From assembly GCF_003945235.1 (NCBI RefSeq), contig NZ_RSDW01000001.1, positions 2,730,001-2,762,000 on the forward strand: a stretch of 32,000 nucleotides of DNA, given 5' to 3'. This DNA comes from Edaphobacter aggregans. GTDB taxonomy: Bacteria > Acidobacteriota > Terriglobia > Terriglobales > Acidobacteriaceae. The notes under the pieces are model-generated. The model was given only the letters and a program-made list of their open reading frames with translations. It was not told the origin of the DNA and made no database searches. Below, in pieces: positions 18,703-28,103 of the stretch. The number at the start of each line of letters is the position of its first letter. Within the stretch, counting starts at the first letter, position 1. Made by a program: the position numbers and the translations under genes.

Positions 18703-18727
18703 GAAAAAGGTCCCGCGTTGGGACCCT
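18703..18727 (-). terminator. Rho-independent terminator of the 110-aa secreted-protein gene
   Basis: On the minus strand: AAGGGTCCC-aacgc-GGGACCTTTTTCTTT. Confidence 0.75.
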
Positions 18728-18782
18728 TCTCCTTATTTCCTTTGTACAGCATTTCGGCACGCGCCGCGGAGTTTCTCTCCGT

Positions 18783-19115
18783 TTAGACGCCCGAATTGCT
18801 GTGCTTGATCGCTGCCTCGTACCCTGCGGTAAAGCCGGAACGATACTCGTCGCGAGCCGCGCCCTTCACGGGCGGGTGCATGTACAGATGCGATGCCTTG
18901 GCATCGATCTTGCGCTTGGCAGCCCGATCCAACTGGGCAGCTTCAACGCCGTCACGATAGCCCTGCTGGGCCTGCTCTGTGCCTTGCGGTGGAGTATTCC
19001 ATTCCTGCGTCTGTGCGGGAGAGGCTTGGTTCTGGGCGTGCGCAAAAATCGGGGCGCCGCTCATAAGTGCCACTGCCATCAGTGGCGTTGCAATGCGAAT
19101 TAGCTTTTTCATCAT
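18783..19115 (-). CDS. Small secreted hypothetical protein
   Basis: Signal peptide MMKKLIRIATPLMAVALMSGAPIFAHA. GAGGAA lies just upstream, and its spacing favours the second ATG at 19112. Confidence 0.7.
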   Translation of the reverse strand: MMKKLIRIATPLMAVALMSGAPIFAHAQNQASPAQTQEWNTPPQGTEQAQQGYRDGVEAAQLDRAAKRKIDAKASHLYMHPPVKGAARDEYRSGFTAGYEAAIKHSNSGV

Positions 19116-19288
19116 TTCCTCATTGCCTACAGGCCGAGGTTCACCTTAAGGCCGAAAGGGACACTATCATAGCCGCGCAATCACTGGCAAATCGACAAAA
19201 GTGGGATGGACAACTCCAGTAAATACAGGCTATTGGACGCACCCTACCCATAAATGTCACGGCAAATTCGATGCCAAACAATATGAAA

Positions 19289-19313
19289 GCCGCGTGAATA
19301 CTATCCACGCGGC
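19289..19313 (-). terminator. Stem-loop terminator downstream of the 310-aa gene
   Basis: GCCGCGTG / CACGCGGC 8-bp stem with a 9-nt loop, followed on the minus strand by TTTCATATTGTTTGG. Confidence 0.6.
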
Positions 19314-19350
19314 CTCAATTGTGCCAATGAAGAACACAAAATTCGCCCGA

Positions 19351-20283
19351 TTACATATTCGTATGGCCGCCGCGCATCTCTTCGTTGAACGAAGGCTTGA
19401 TGAATGCCAGCTGCGCCGCCACTTCTGCCTCATATTTGGTGCGATGCCCCATCAGGGCCTCGGTTGGCGTGGCAAACTCCATATCGGTAGCCAGCAGCAA
19501 CACACCCTCGCGAGCCAGCGCAACCGCCGATTTGCTCAATTCCTCAACCGTCGTGTTCAGGTACTGCGCATCCCGCGGATCCAGCAGCCACACCGGCTGT
19601 CCGCCGCCCAACACGCCCGATAGCCAGAAGGCCTTCGCCGCCAGAAACTCCTGCCGCTGCGCCTCCATCGTATCGTTGAAGCTGAACCGCTTCTTCCATG
19701 GGCTGTAGTAGCGTGTCGTTACCGGCACCGGCTGACGATTACCGCTCTTGACCAGCTCCAGCTGCCCCTGATCCATCGTCTTGCGTACCGCGTTGTAAAT
19801 AAAGCCCTCAGCAAACGGCTGCTCCGGAGCCTTCACGATCTCGGCAAACGTCACCGTCATCGACGCGGCGATCTTCGCGTGCAGCACGCTCTCGTTCCCA
19901 TCCTCCAGACGTATCTCGCCATGTACCAGATAGGTATCCGCGCCCGAGGTCGACAGGTGGAACGGCCACTCGAACTTGCCGAAGCTCAGCGGCAGACCAT
20001 GCAGCGTCAAATAGCAGTCCGGCCGCGGATTCCTGAGCCGCTTAGCCGACTCGGCAAGATACGAGCTGACATCGGCCAGCAGATCCACCCGGCTGAAATC
20101 GAAGCGATCGCTCAGCTCCAGCACTTCCGTCTTCGCCTTATCCGCGGCCAGCGCCAGCGTGAACCGCGTCGTCGGATTGCCGGAGAAGTCTTTGCCCACT
20201 TCGCTCGAAACTGCCACCAGCCCAGCTGCCTTTGCCGCTGTCTCTACCTGTCCTGCCAATACTGCCTTCGATTCAATGCTCAT
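19351..20283 (-). CDS. Hypothetical cytoplasmic protein, 310 aa, no recognisable domain
   Basis: Long ORF whose codon bias fits its strand (G/T-ending codons, as in the other minus-strand genes here). It has its own terminator. No TM helix, signal peptide or catalytic motif that I can name. Confidence 0.65.
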   Translation of the reverse strand: MSIESKAVLAGQVETAAKAAGLVAVSSEVGKDFSGNPTTRFTLALAADKAKTEVLELSDRFDFSRVDLLADVSSYLAESAKRLRNPRPDCYLTLHGLPLSFGKFEWPFHLSTSGADTYLVHGEIRLEDGNESVLHAKIAASMTVTFAEIVKAPEQPFAEGFIYNAVRKTMDQGQLELVKSGNRQPVPVTTRYYSPWKKRFSFNDTMEAQRQEFLAAKAFWLSGVLGGGQPVWLLDPRDAQYLNTTVEELSKSAVALAREGVLLLATDMEFATPTEALMGHRTKYEAEVAAQLAFIKPSFNEEMRGGHTNM

Positions 20284-20415
20284 TCCGTTCGTTTCGTCCT
20301 CTGCGCCATGCGCCGTTCAGATTTTTCGCAATCCTCTCTATTTTACGGCTCCAAACGCCCTAAAATCGTCGCGCCCGGCCAAATCTCACGTAAACTCACC
20401 CACTGGAGAACACCC

Positions 20416-21888
20416 ATGGACCGTCGCCACACTGCCGCCCTGGCGATCTGCCTCGCCACCGCAGCCATCACCCTTCCCGCACAAACCCCCACTCCACCTC
20501 CAGCCGTGGCCAAATTCATCAAAATCAACGGCCCCCGGACTCTCCTCACCCACGTCCGCATCATCGACGGCACCGGGGGCGCCCCCCTCGAAGACCAGTC
20601 CATCCTCATCGAAGGCGGCAAGATCACCAGCATCTCGAGCACCCTCCCCACCGCCGCCCAGGCCCAAGTCCTCGACCTCCACGGCTACACCGCCATCCCC
20701 GGCCTGGTCGGCATGCACGACCACATGTACTACATCGCCCGACCCAACTTCGACGCGCTCGGCAACAGCGAGCCACCCCTCATCGTCCCCCAGATGACCT
20801 TTTCGGCCCCGCGCATGTACCTCGCCGCCGGCGTCACCACCCTCCGCACCACCGGCAGCGTCGAGCCCTACACCGACCTCAACCTCCGCCGCGAGATCGA
20901 CGCCGGCCATCTCCCCGGCCCGCACATGGACGTCACCGGCCCCTACCTCGAAGGCCCCAACTCCCCCTTCCTCCAGATGCACAACCTCCGCGACGCCGAA
21001 GACGCCCGCCAGACCGTCCGCTTCTGGGCCGCACAAGGCGTCACCAGCTTCAAGGCCTACATGAACATCACCCGCGACGAGCTCAAAGCCGCCATCGACG
21101 AAGCCCATAAGCTCAACCTCAAGGTCACCGGCCACCTCTGCTCCGTCACCTACCCCGAGGCCGCCGAACTAGGCATCGACAACCTCGAGCACGGCTTCGT
21201 CGTCAACACCCAGCTCGACCCCGACAAGCAGGCCGACCTCTGCCCCAAGACCTCCGGCACACCCACCCGGCAGAAAATGCTCCCCGATAGCCCCGAGGCC
21301 AAGGCTCTCTTCAAACTCCTCATCGACCACCACGTCGCCATCACCTCCACGCTGCCGGTCTTCGAAGCCGACGGCAACGGCCGCCCACCGCTCGAACCCC
21401 GCATCCTCGCTGCCATGACCCCGCAGGCCCGCGAGGCCTACCTCTACGTCCGCAACCTCCAGAGCACCGCACCCGCAGCCCGCCAAAATCCCAACCCACG
21501 CGCCGTCCTCTTCCAGCGCGAGCTCGACATGGAGCGAGCCTTCGCCGCCGCCGGAGGAACCCTGCTCGCCGGGCCCGACCCCACCGGCGACGGCCACGTC
21601 CTGCCCGGCTACGGCGACCAGCGCGAGGTCGAGCTACTCGTCCAGGCTGGCTTCACTCCCGTCGAAGCCATCAAAATCGCCACCCTCAACGGAGCCACCT
21701 ACCTCAACCAGCAACCGCACATCGGCTCCATCGCCCCCGGCAAAAACGCCGACCTCGTCGTCATCAAAGGCGACCCCAGCACCAAAATCTCCGACATCGA
21801 AAACGTCGAGATCGTCTTCAAAGACGGCGTAGGCTACGACTCCGCTAAGCTCCTCGACTCCATCAAGGGCCGCTACGGCCAGTACTGA
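20416..21888 (+). CDS. Secreted amidohydrolase-family metallohydrolase
   Basis: Signal peptide MDRRHTAALAICLATAAITLPAQ. HxH metal motif GLVGMHDHMYY. C-terminal GSIAPGKNADLVVIKGDP. GGAGAA precedes the ATG at 20416. The 5' part of the track ORF (19879-20415) is antisense to the upstream gene. Confidence 0.88.
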   Translation: MDRRHTAALAICLATAAITLPAQTPTPPPAVAKFIKINGPRTLLTHVRIIDGTGGAPLEDQSILIEGGKITSISSTLPTAAQAQVLDLHGYTAIPGLVGMHDHMYYIARPNFDALGNSEPPLIVPQMTFSAPRMYLAAGVTTLRTTGSVEPYTDLNLRREIDAGHLPGPHMDVTGPYLEGPNSPFLQMHNLRDAEDARQTVRFWAAQGVTSFKAYMNITRDELKAAIDEAHKLNLKVTGHLCSVTYPEAAELGIDNLEHGFVVNTQLDPDKQADLCPKTSGTPTRQKMLPDSPEAKALFKLLIDHHVAITSTLPVFEADGNGRPPLEPRILAAMTPQAREAYLYVRNLQSTAPAARQNPNPRAVLFQRELDMERAFAAAGGTLLAGPDPTGDGHVLPGYGDQREVELLVQAGFTPVEAIKIATLNGATYLNQQPHIGSIAPGKNADLVVIKGDPSTKISDIENVEIVFKDGVGYDSAKLLDSIKGRYGQY

Positions 21889-21982
21889 ACTACTTTTACC
21901 GAGAGCCCGGTACGTCCCCCATCGCTTGTGCATCGAAGCAACCAGCAACTGTTGGCAACGCTCACATCTGTCGAGGAGTCCC

Positions 21983-22975
21983 GTGAAGGCCGCAGTCTTC
22001 AATTCTTTCCGCCGCACAGCCCCACCCATTCTCACCGTCGAGGACGCCCCCCGGCCCAAGCTCATCCCCGGATACGTCCTCCTGCGCGTACTGGCCTGCG
22101 GAGTCTGCCGCACCGATCTGCACATCATCGAGGGTGACCTCCCGCCCATCCGACCCCATCTCATCCCCGGTCACCAGATCGTCGGCGAGGTCGTCGAGGG
22201 CGGCTCACCGGCACTTCCAGCAGGAGCGCGCGTCGGCGTCTCCTGGGTCGGCGGAACCGACGGCATCTGCCCCTACTGTCTCCGCGGCGAAGAAAACCTC
22301 TGCGACAACCCCACCTTCACCGGCTACACCGTCGACGGAGGCTACGCCGAATACGTCCTCGCCCGTACTGGCTTCACCTTCCCCCTGCCACACACCCTCG
22401 ACGACACCCACGTCGCCCCCCTGCTCTGCGCCGGTATCATCGGATTCCGCAGCCTCCGCGTAGCCGGAGTCAAACCCCGCGAACGCGTCGGCCTCTTCGG
22501 CTTCGGCTCCTCCGCCAGCCTCACCATCGAAGTCCTCCGCCACTGGGGTTGCGAAGTCTACGTCTCCACCCGCGGCGAAGCCCACCGCGCCGCAGCCACC
22601 GCACTCGGCGCAGCCTGGGTCGGCACCGACCAGCAGAGCCCTCCCGTCGAACTCGACCGCGCCATCACCTTCGCGCCCAGCGGAGCCGTCGTCGTCAGCG
22701 CTCTCTCCAGCCTGCGCAAAGGCGGAGTCGTAGCCATCAACGCCATCCATCTCGACCAGATGCCCGCCTTCGACTACGACAAACTCCTCTGGGGCGAGCG
22801 CCAAATTCGCAGCGTAGCCAACATGACCCGCGCCGACGCCCGCGACTTCCTCAAGCTAGCCGGAGAGATCGGCCTCAAACCCCGCATCAAAACCTTCCCC
22901 CTCGCCCAGGCCAACGAAGCCGTCCACGCCGTAAAGCAGGAGACCGCAGACGGTGCCGTCGTCATCGTCCCATAA
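21983..22975 (+). CDS. Zinc-dependent alcohol dehydrogenase (MDR family)
   Basis: CGVCRTDLH, GHQIVGEVVEGG, structural-zinc CPYCLRGEENLC, nucleotide-binding GLFGFGSSA. GTG start at 21983 after GAGGAG. Confidence 0.9.
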   Translation: MKAAVFNSFRRTAPPILTVEDAPRPKLIPGYVLLRVLACGVCRTDLHIIEGDLPPIRPHLIPGHQIVGEVVEGGSPALPAGARVGVSWVGGTDGICPYCLRGEENLCDNPTFTGYTVDGGYAEYVLARTGFTFPLPHTLDDTHVAPLLCAGIIGFRSLRVAGVKPRERVGLFGFGSSASLTIEVLRHWGCEVYVSTRGEAHRAAATALGAAWVGTDQQSPPVELDRAITFAPSGAVVVSALSSLRKGGVVAINAIHLDQMPAFDYDKLLWGERQIRSVANMTRADARDFLKLAGEIGLKPRIKTFPLAQANEAVHAVKQETADGAVVIVP

Positions 22976-23060
22976 CCATTCCTCACTTCAGGAAGGCGAA
23001 GCCTTCACTACCGGCAATTTTTCTCTTGCTCCTCCAAAAATCCAATTCGATACTTGGCCA

Positions 23061-24326
23061 ATGCTGCCCTTCAGGATTCTCAGCCTGATTTTCGTTGCGC
23101 TCGCCTCTCCCTCTCTGGCACAACAGCCCACGCCCGCTCCATCCGGAGGCACCGTCACAGGCCACGTCACCTGTAGCGACACGCAGCGTCCCGCAAGGTT
23201 CGCTCACGTGATGCTCTTCGGCGTGCCCACAGAGATCACAACGCCACCGAACGCCGATCCCAACGCCAAACCCGATCCCGCCCAGATCAGGGCCGCGCTG
23301 AAGGCGTACACCGGGGGCAACATGGTGCAGACGCAGACCGACATCGACGGCGGCTTTGAAGCAACCAATGTGGTTCCTGGAGATTATTACGTCTTCGCCT
23401 CGATCCCGGGATACGTGCAGGCGGGGAGTATCGTGCAGGCGGCCCTCGCTGCCGGTGCTGATCTCCGGAAGTCGATTCCCGACATTCCGATGGTGCATGT
23501 CACCGCCGACCGCTCGGTCCGAGCTGATATCCTCGTCAATCGCGGAGCTGCGATCTCCGGCAAGGTCGTATGGGACGACGGTAGCCCGGCTACACAAGTC
23601 ACAGTTACGGTTGTCTCTGCGAAGACCAAAGAGATTGTTATTCCGCCACAGTTCTCAATGCTCGCAAATCCCCCCATGGGAAACGGCGGCGGCGAGTTCT
23701 CGACCACCGACGACCTGGGCCACTTTCGCATCTCAGGGTTGGCCCCTGGGGACTATCTCATCAAGGCAATGTTGCAAACCCGCATGCAGTTCGTGATGAG
23801 GAACGGCGTCATGAACATGGGCAACATGATGGATTCCCCAATCTTCGTCTTCGCCCCTGCCGCATTTCATCAGGCCGATGCGAAGCCCGTGACCCTGCAT
23901 ACCGCGGAAGACCGTGGCGACGAAGAAGTGACCATCAAACTCGCGGGCCTCCACTCGGTCAGCGGCCACATCGCCTCAGCCGAGGACCACCACGGTCTCA
24001 ACACAGCAGCAGTGGTGCTCACAGACACGCAGGATAAAGATTTTGGGCGTTCAGCCAACGTCGATGCTCATGGCAACTTCACCGTGACGTTCGTTCCCCC
24101 CGGCACCTACGACCTGCTCGTCACCAATGCAGCCGACACCGAGCCCTTGACAAAAAAACCGACAGCTTTCATGACTGTTGAGTCGATTCATACGCTGCGC
24201 AGCTACCAGGATGGCAAGCAGTCCGTCATCGTGACCGACAGCGACATCACAGGACAGAACATCGAACTCGCTCCCGCAAAGACGACCCAAAAAGATATCG
24301 ACATCGAAGAGCTGATGAAAAACTAG
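23061..24326 (+). CDS. Secreted carboxypeptidase-regulatory-like domain repeat protein
   Basis: Signal peptide MLPFRILSLIFVALASPSLAQ. Repeated beta-sandwich motifs GGFEATNVVPGDYYVFAS, GHFRISGLAPGDYLIKA, GNFTVTFVPPGTYDLLV. Confidence 0.8.
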   Translation: MLPFRILSLIFVALASPSLAQQPTPAPSGGTVTGHVTCSDTQRPARFAHVMLFGVPTEITTPPNADPNAKPDPAQIRAALKAYTGGNMVQTQTDIDGGFEATNVVPGDYYVFASIPGYVQAGSIVQAALAAGADLRKSIPDIPMVHVTADRSVRADILVNRGAAISGKVVWDDGSPATQVTVTVVSAKTKEIVIPPQFSMLANPPMGNGGGEFSTTDDLGHFRISGLAPGDYLIKAMLQTRMQFVMRNGVMNMGNMMDSPIFVFAPAAFHQADAKPVTLHTAEDRGDEEVTIKLAGLHSVSGHIASAEDHHGLNTAAVVLTDTQDKDFGRSANVDAHGNFTVTFVPPGTYDLLVTNAADTEPLTKKPTAFMTVESIHTLRSYQDGKQSVIVTDSDITGQNIELAPAKTTQKDIDIEELMKN

Positions 24327-24340
24327 CGTTCAAATCTCAT

Positions 24341-25405
24341 CTACTTGGCCGGCATCGGGACACCCTGCGGCAGCGAGCGGTTGCGATCCTTAAGCCAATC
24401 AAGAGGAATCTTCTTAACCGACTTATTCCGGTCGTTGAGGTCCGGCATAAAGATCTCGAGCCCAGCCTCTGGCGTCATCCGGCTGACACCATTGACGAGC
24501 TGTGCCTGATAGTTGACCAGATCAAGATCAAACCAGGCATCATCCGATGCGTCGATCAAAGTAAGATCAGACTTGTGCATGGTCAGCTTGCCAAAGTCAA
24601 CCGTGCCTCCCTCGAACCGCAGGAAATTATGCCACTGAGCAAGCTTCGTCTCATCATTCGGAGCATTCCCGTAGACCAGCACAAGATCAGGCGCCGCCAC
24701 CGTGATACTGGTCAGCAGGCCACGAATGTGTGGCGGCGGCAACAGCTTCGTTGTATCCAGATAAAGATCATTGCCCGAGACCTCGACGCCCGACACCGGA
24801 GTTGACCCCACAATGTCCTTGATATCCAGGTGAAGCCCGCGCATCAACCCTTTCACCGGAACTCTCAGCACGCCAATCTTGGTAATGTGCAGATGCACGC
24901 GCCCATCCGGCATAGCCGAGATCGTGCTGACCATCTCGACAGGCAACGGCACCAGCAGCTTATGCAGCGTACCGCTAATTTTGAGCTGGTCCCCCTCACC
25001 CGTCACAGTGATCTTCTTGAGCGGAGACCGAGGCATACTCGCGTTGAGAAAAGTACTGATGTCACCAAGATTCGCGTGAATGACACCCTTCTGAATCAGG
25101 AAGACAAACGACTCAGGATCATCGAGCGAAGGCTCATCGTCCTTTCGAGTGCGCAGCATCTGGCCGCGAATCCAGCGAACATAGATGCGAAAGTCCGGCC
25201 CTTTGCGCAGCATCAGGTTATGCGCATAGACCGTCGTTACTCCATCGTCATGAGCAACCGCAACGCTCGATACCGGCACAGACGCCGCACTGTCCGTTGG
25301 CTGACTTGAAGCGTCGCTCTTTGTACGCGCAGGCCAAACAAGCCAGACAAGGAAGAGCACAACCGCGACGACTGCTGCAGAAAGCGCGTAGCGTGAAGGG
25401 CTCAT
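24341..25405 (-). CDS. Membrane-anchored hypothetical protein (single N-terminal TM)
   Basis: N-terminal anchor SAAVVAVVLFLVWLVWP followed by a soluble domain of about 320 aa and unknown family. ATG at 25405 (the track start at 25411 is TTG). Confidence 0.65.
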   Translation of the reverse strand: MSPSRYALSAAVVAVVLFLVWLVWPARTKSDASSQPTDSAASVPVSSVAVAHDDGVTTVYAHNLMLRKGPDFRIYVRWIRGQMLRTRKDDEPSLDDPESFVFLIQKGVIHANLGDISTFLNASMPRSPLKKITVTGEGDQLKISGTLHKLLVPLPVEMVSTISAMPDGRVHLHITKIGVLRVPVKGLMRGLHLDIKDIVGSTPVSGVEVSGNDLYLDTTKLLPPPHIRGLLTSITVAAPDLVLVYGNAPNDETKLAQWHNFLRFEGGTVDFGKLTMHKSDLTLIDASDDAWFDLDLVNYQAQLVNGVSRMTPEAGLEIFMPDLNDRNKSVKKIPLDWLKDRNRSLPQGVPMPAK

Positions 25406-25596
25406 AGTCAATGTAAAAGGTGGCCGCCGAAATTCCTGATTCTCTAATCCGTAAGATGCCAGCCCTTACGATACAGTCGCCCCCGTTCGCCCGGGCCTGC
25501 AACGGATTTCATATCACCCGTCAGGTCAACAATGACATAACCTAAAGATGAGGGAACACCTTCGCGCTTCGGTCCTCGAAGTGGAGTGTCTAGCGT

Positions 25597-26733
25597 ATGG
25601 CTTCCTGGCTCTCACTCGCGGCAATCGCCATTCTATCTATCTCGATTGGTGGATTTGCCCCGGGACCGGGCAATGCGTCACCGGGAGACATCCGTATCTC
25701 CGGCGAAAACAGAGACGGTCCTGCGCATCTGGTATTTGCCTGCGACGGTTCCACGACCGAACTGGAAACTCTGTTCTCCCAACCGGATGTAATCTCCGAT
25801 CTCAAAGCCTTGAATGCAGGCATCGCGCTGGCTCTTCCAGACCTTAGCCCCGACCGTGCCCGCATTGTCCGCCAACTGAACGACGCTGGCATTCCTGTAA
25901 CCGCGTGGCTTGCACTGCCGCCAGAGCAAGGCTACTACCTGAATGCCAGCAATACCCCGGAGGCAGCAGCGCGCTTTGCAGACTTTCTCACATGGACCAA
26001 CACCTACAGTTTGCGATGGGCAGGAGTAGGGCTGGACATAGAACCCAACATCCAGGAGTTCGCCGCATTGCGAAACAGCAAATCGCGTCTAGCCTGGACG
26101 CTCATCACGCGCTACTTCGACATCGACCGCGTCCGCCGCGCCAGAGAATCCTACGCCTCACTCATTCGCGAAATTCAAGCCCATGGATATCCCGTCGAGA
26201 CCTATCAATTTCCATTCATCGCAGACGCGCGAAGAGTACATTCCACACTGCTGGAACGGCTTGCCGGCATCGTAGATGTCCGGGGTGACCGCGAAGTCCT
26301 CATGATCTACACCAGCTTCAACAAGCGACTCGACTCAGCGTTAATCTGGGTCTACGGCCCGGAGGCACAGGCCATTGCGGTCGGCGTCACCAGCGGCTCC
26401 GATGCAGCACCCCGATTCGCACCGCTCAACTGGGAGGAATTTTCGCGCGACCTGATCGTCGCCAGCCATTTCACGCACGTGGTCGGTATCTACAACCTGG
26501 CAGGATGCGTTCATCACGGATTTCTGCCTCGCCTCAGGACAATGAACTGGGACCAATCGGTCGATATCTCAGCAGAGTCGATCCGAAAAGCCACACAACT
26601 TAGGGCACGGATCCAAAGAGTAATATGGCTAACTTCCCATCTTCCCTATTTTGCTGTCGCGATTCTCATTGCAATCATCTGGACACTTGCATGGTGGAGA
26701 CGAAAGCGATTCCAGCAGTCACCCAGGACCTAG
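25597..26733 (+). CDS. Hypothetical protein with N-terminal signal/anchor and C-terminal TM helix
   Basis: 378 aa. N-terminal hydrophobic segment and C-terminal LPYFAVAILIAIIWTLAWWRRKRF. The central region (GVGLDIEPN, alternating hydrophobic strand-like segments) may be a TIM-barrel-like fold, but this is unassigned. Confidence 0.6.
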   Translation: MASWLSLAAIAILSISIGGFAPGPGNASPGDIRISGENRDGPAHLVFACDGSTTELETLFSQPDVISDLKALNAGIALALPDLSPDRARIVRQLNDAGIPVTAWLALPPEQGYYLNASNTPEAAARFADFLTWTNTYSLRWAGVGLDIEPNIQEFAALRNSKSRLAWTLITRYFDIDRVRRARESYASLIREIQAHGYPVETYQFPFIADARRVHSTLLERLAGIVDVRGDREVLMIYTSFNKRLDSALIWVYGPEAQAIAVGVTSGSDAAPRFAPLNWEEFSRDLIVASHFTHVVGIYNLAGCVHHGFLPRLRTMNWDQSVDISAESIRKATQLRARIQRVIWLTSHLPYFAVAILIAIIWTLAWWRRKRFQQSPRT

Positions 26734-26779
26734 CAAAACCCCAGCTGATTTCGAGAATGGCATAAGAAAAAATTCTCTA

Positions 26780-26830
26780 TTGACAGTTCCTTTGTCCGTA
26801 AGCTATCACTTACCGTAAGTGGACACTTAC
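26780..26830 (+). promoter_or_regulatory. Putative arsR promoter with tandem 5-6-5 palindromic operator
   Basis: TTGACA at 26780-26785 and a possible -10 TATCAC at 26804-26809. GTAAG-N6-CTTAC occurs twice (26798-26813 and 26815-26830), and the second copy spans the GTG start at 26819. Confidence 0.55.
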
Positions 26831-27184
26831 CTACAAGCCGGCCTCGACGCCCTTGGCGATGCCACCCGCATGGCCATCTTTCAGAAACTCGCCAACGGGC
26901 CCATGGCCGTTCACGAGCTCGCAGAGACCTCTCCCGTCAGCCGCCCGGCCGTCTCGCAGCACCTCCGCGTGCTCAAAGACGCAGGCCTCGTCACCGACAG
27001 GAAGACCGGAACCCGCCGCCTCTACCAGTTAGATCCCGAAGGAGTCGCTCGCCTCCGTGCGCACTTCGACCAGGTCTGGGACAAGGCCATGAGCGCGTTC
27101 CAAGCCGCCGCCTCTCAAAAAATCTCACCGCAGAAAGGGAAAGAAAAGCATGGCAAACATCGTCGAACCAGCCGTCGTCAATAA
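26819..27184 (+). CDS. ArsR/SmtB-family transcriptional regulator
   Basis: Winged-HTH: LGDATRMAIFQKLANGPMAVHELAETSPVSRPAVSQHLRVLKDAGLV. The GTG start comes immediately after an in-frame TAA, and no SD is visible. Confidence 0.88.
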   Translation: MDTYLQAGLDALGDATRMAIFQKLANGPMAVHELAETSPVSRPAVSQHLRVLKDAGLVTDRKTGTRRLYQLDPEGVARLRAHFDQVWDKAMSAFQAAASQKISPQKGKEKHGKHRRTSRRQ

Positions 27185-27641
27185 AAGCGTGCGCGTTCCC
27201 GTTCCCATCGAACACGCCTTTTCCGTCTTCGTCGAGCAGATGGAGACCTGGTGGCCCGCCGAGCATCACATCGGCGAGAAACCCTTCCAAAACATCATCG
27301 TCGAGCCGCGCAAAGGCGGCCGCTGGTACGAGCGCGACGCCGAAGGCAACGACTGCAACTGGGGCCATATCCTCGCCTGGGAGCCGCCGCATCGCGTCAC
27401 CTTCTCCTGGCACCTCGGCCCCGACTGGAAGTTCAATCCCGACCTCGCCAAAGCCAGCGAAGTCCACATCCGCTTCACCGAAGAAGGCCCTTCCGCCACG
27501 CTCGTCGAACTTGAGCACAGCGCAATCGAGCGCCACGGCGAAGGCTACGAAAAACTCCGCGAGATGTTGGACACCCCGAACGCCTGGAGCCTCACCCTTA
27601 CAGAGTTCGCCAAAGCAGCCACCCGGGAGGCCAAAGCATGA
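27150..27641 (+). CDS. SRPBCC / AHSA1-like (Aha1 domain) protein
   Basis: VRVPVPIEHAFSVFVEQMETWWPAEHH...GGRWYE...ILAWEPPHRVTFSW is typical of ArsR-linked SRPBCC proteins. It overlaps arsR by 35 nt. Confidence 0.85.
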   Translation: MANIVEPAVVNKSVRVPVPIEHAFSVFVEQMETWWPAEHHIGEKPFQNIIVEPRKGGRWYERDAEGNDCNWGHILAWEPPHRVTFSWHLGPDWKFNPDLAKASEVHIRFTEEGPSATLVELEHSAIERHGEGYEKLREMLDTPNAWSLTLTEFAKAATREAKA

Positions 27642-28081
27642 AGCCCGTCCTCTTCCTCCGCATCGCATCCGTCCTGACCTTCATCCACGCCGCGCTTCAC
27701 ACCATCGGAGGCGTCTTCGGCTCACCCGCTCCGGGTCCACAACAAATAGCCGTATCGGCCATGAAAGCCAACACATTCCCGGTCATGGGATTCACACGCA
27801 GCTTCTGGGACTTCCACATGGGCATGGGCCTCGCCGCCAGCGTCTCTCTGACGGCCGAGGCCATCCTCTTCTGGCAACTCGCTTCATTGGCTAAAACGAA
27901 CGCCCTCATCCTTCGCCCCATCCTCATCACGTTCACGGTAGCCTATCTCGCCATGTCCGTGGTCACCTGGACCTACATCTTCCCCCCACCATCCATCACG
28001 GAGATACTCATCGCCCTCTGCCTCATCGGAGCCATCGTCACCGCGAAGTCACCCGTCCCAGTCGCGATCACCTCTCACTGA
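27638..28081 (+). CDS. Small integral membrane protein (4 TM), hypothetical
   Basis: 147 aa with four hydrophobic helices. ATGA overlap with the upstream SRPBCC gene. Confidence 0.7.
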   Translation: MKPVLFLRIASVLTFIHAALHTIGGVFGSPAPGPQQIAVSAMKANTFPVMGFTRSFWDFHMGMGLAASVSLTAEAILFWQLASLAKTNALILRPILITFTVAYLAMSVVTWTYIFPPPSITEILIALCLIGAIVTAKSPVPVAITSH

Positions 28082-28103
28082 CGAGAGACCGCGCCAGAAG
28101 ACC

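Noticed and set aside
19879-20415. 5' extension of the amidohydrolase ORF (669-aa version)
   Set aside because: The extension is antisense to the 310-aa gene. A signal peptide and GGAGAA RBS begin at the internal ATG at 20416.
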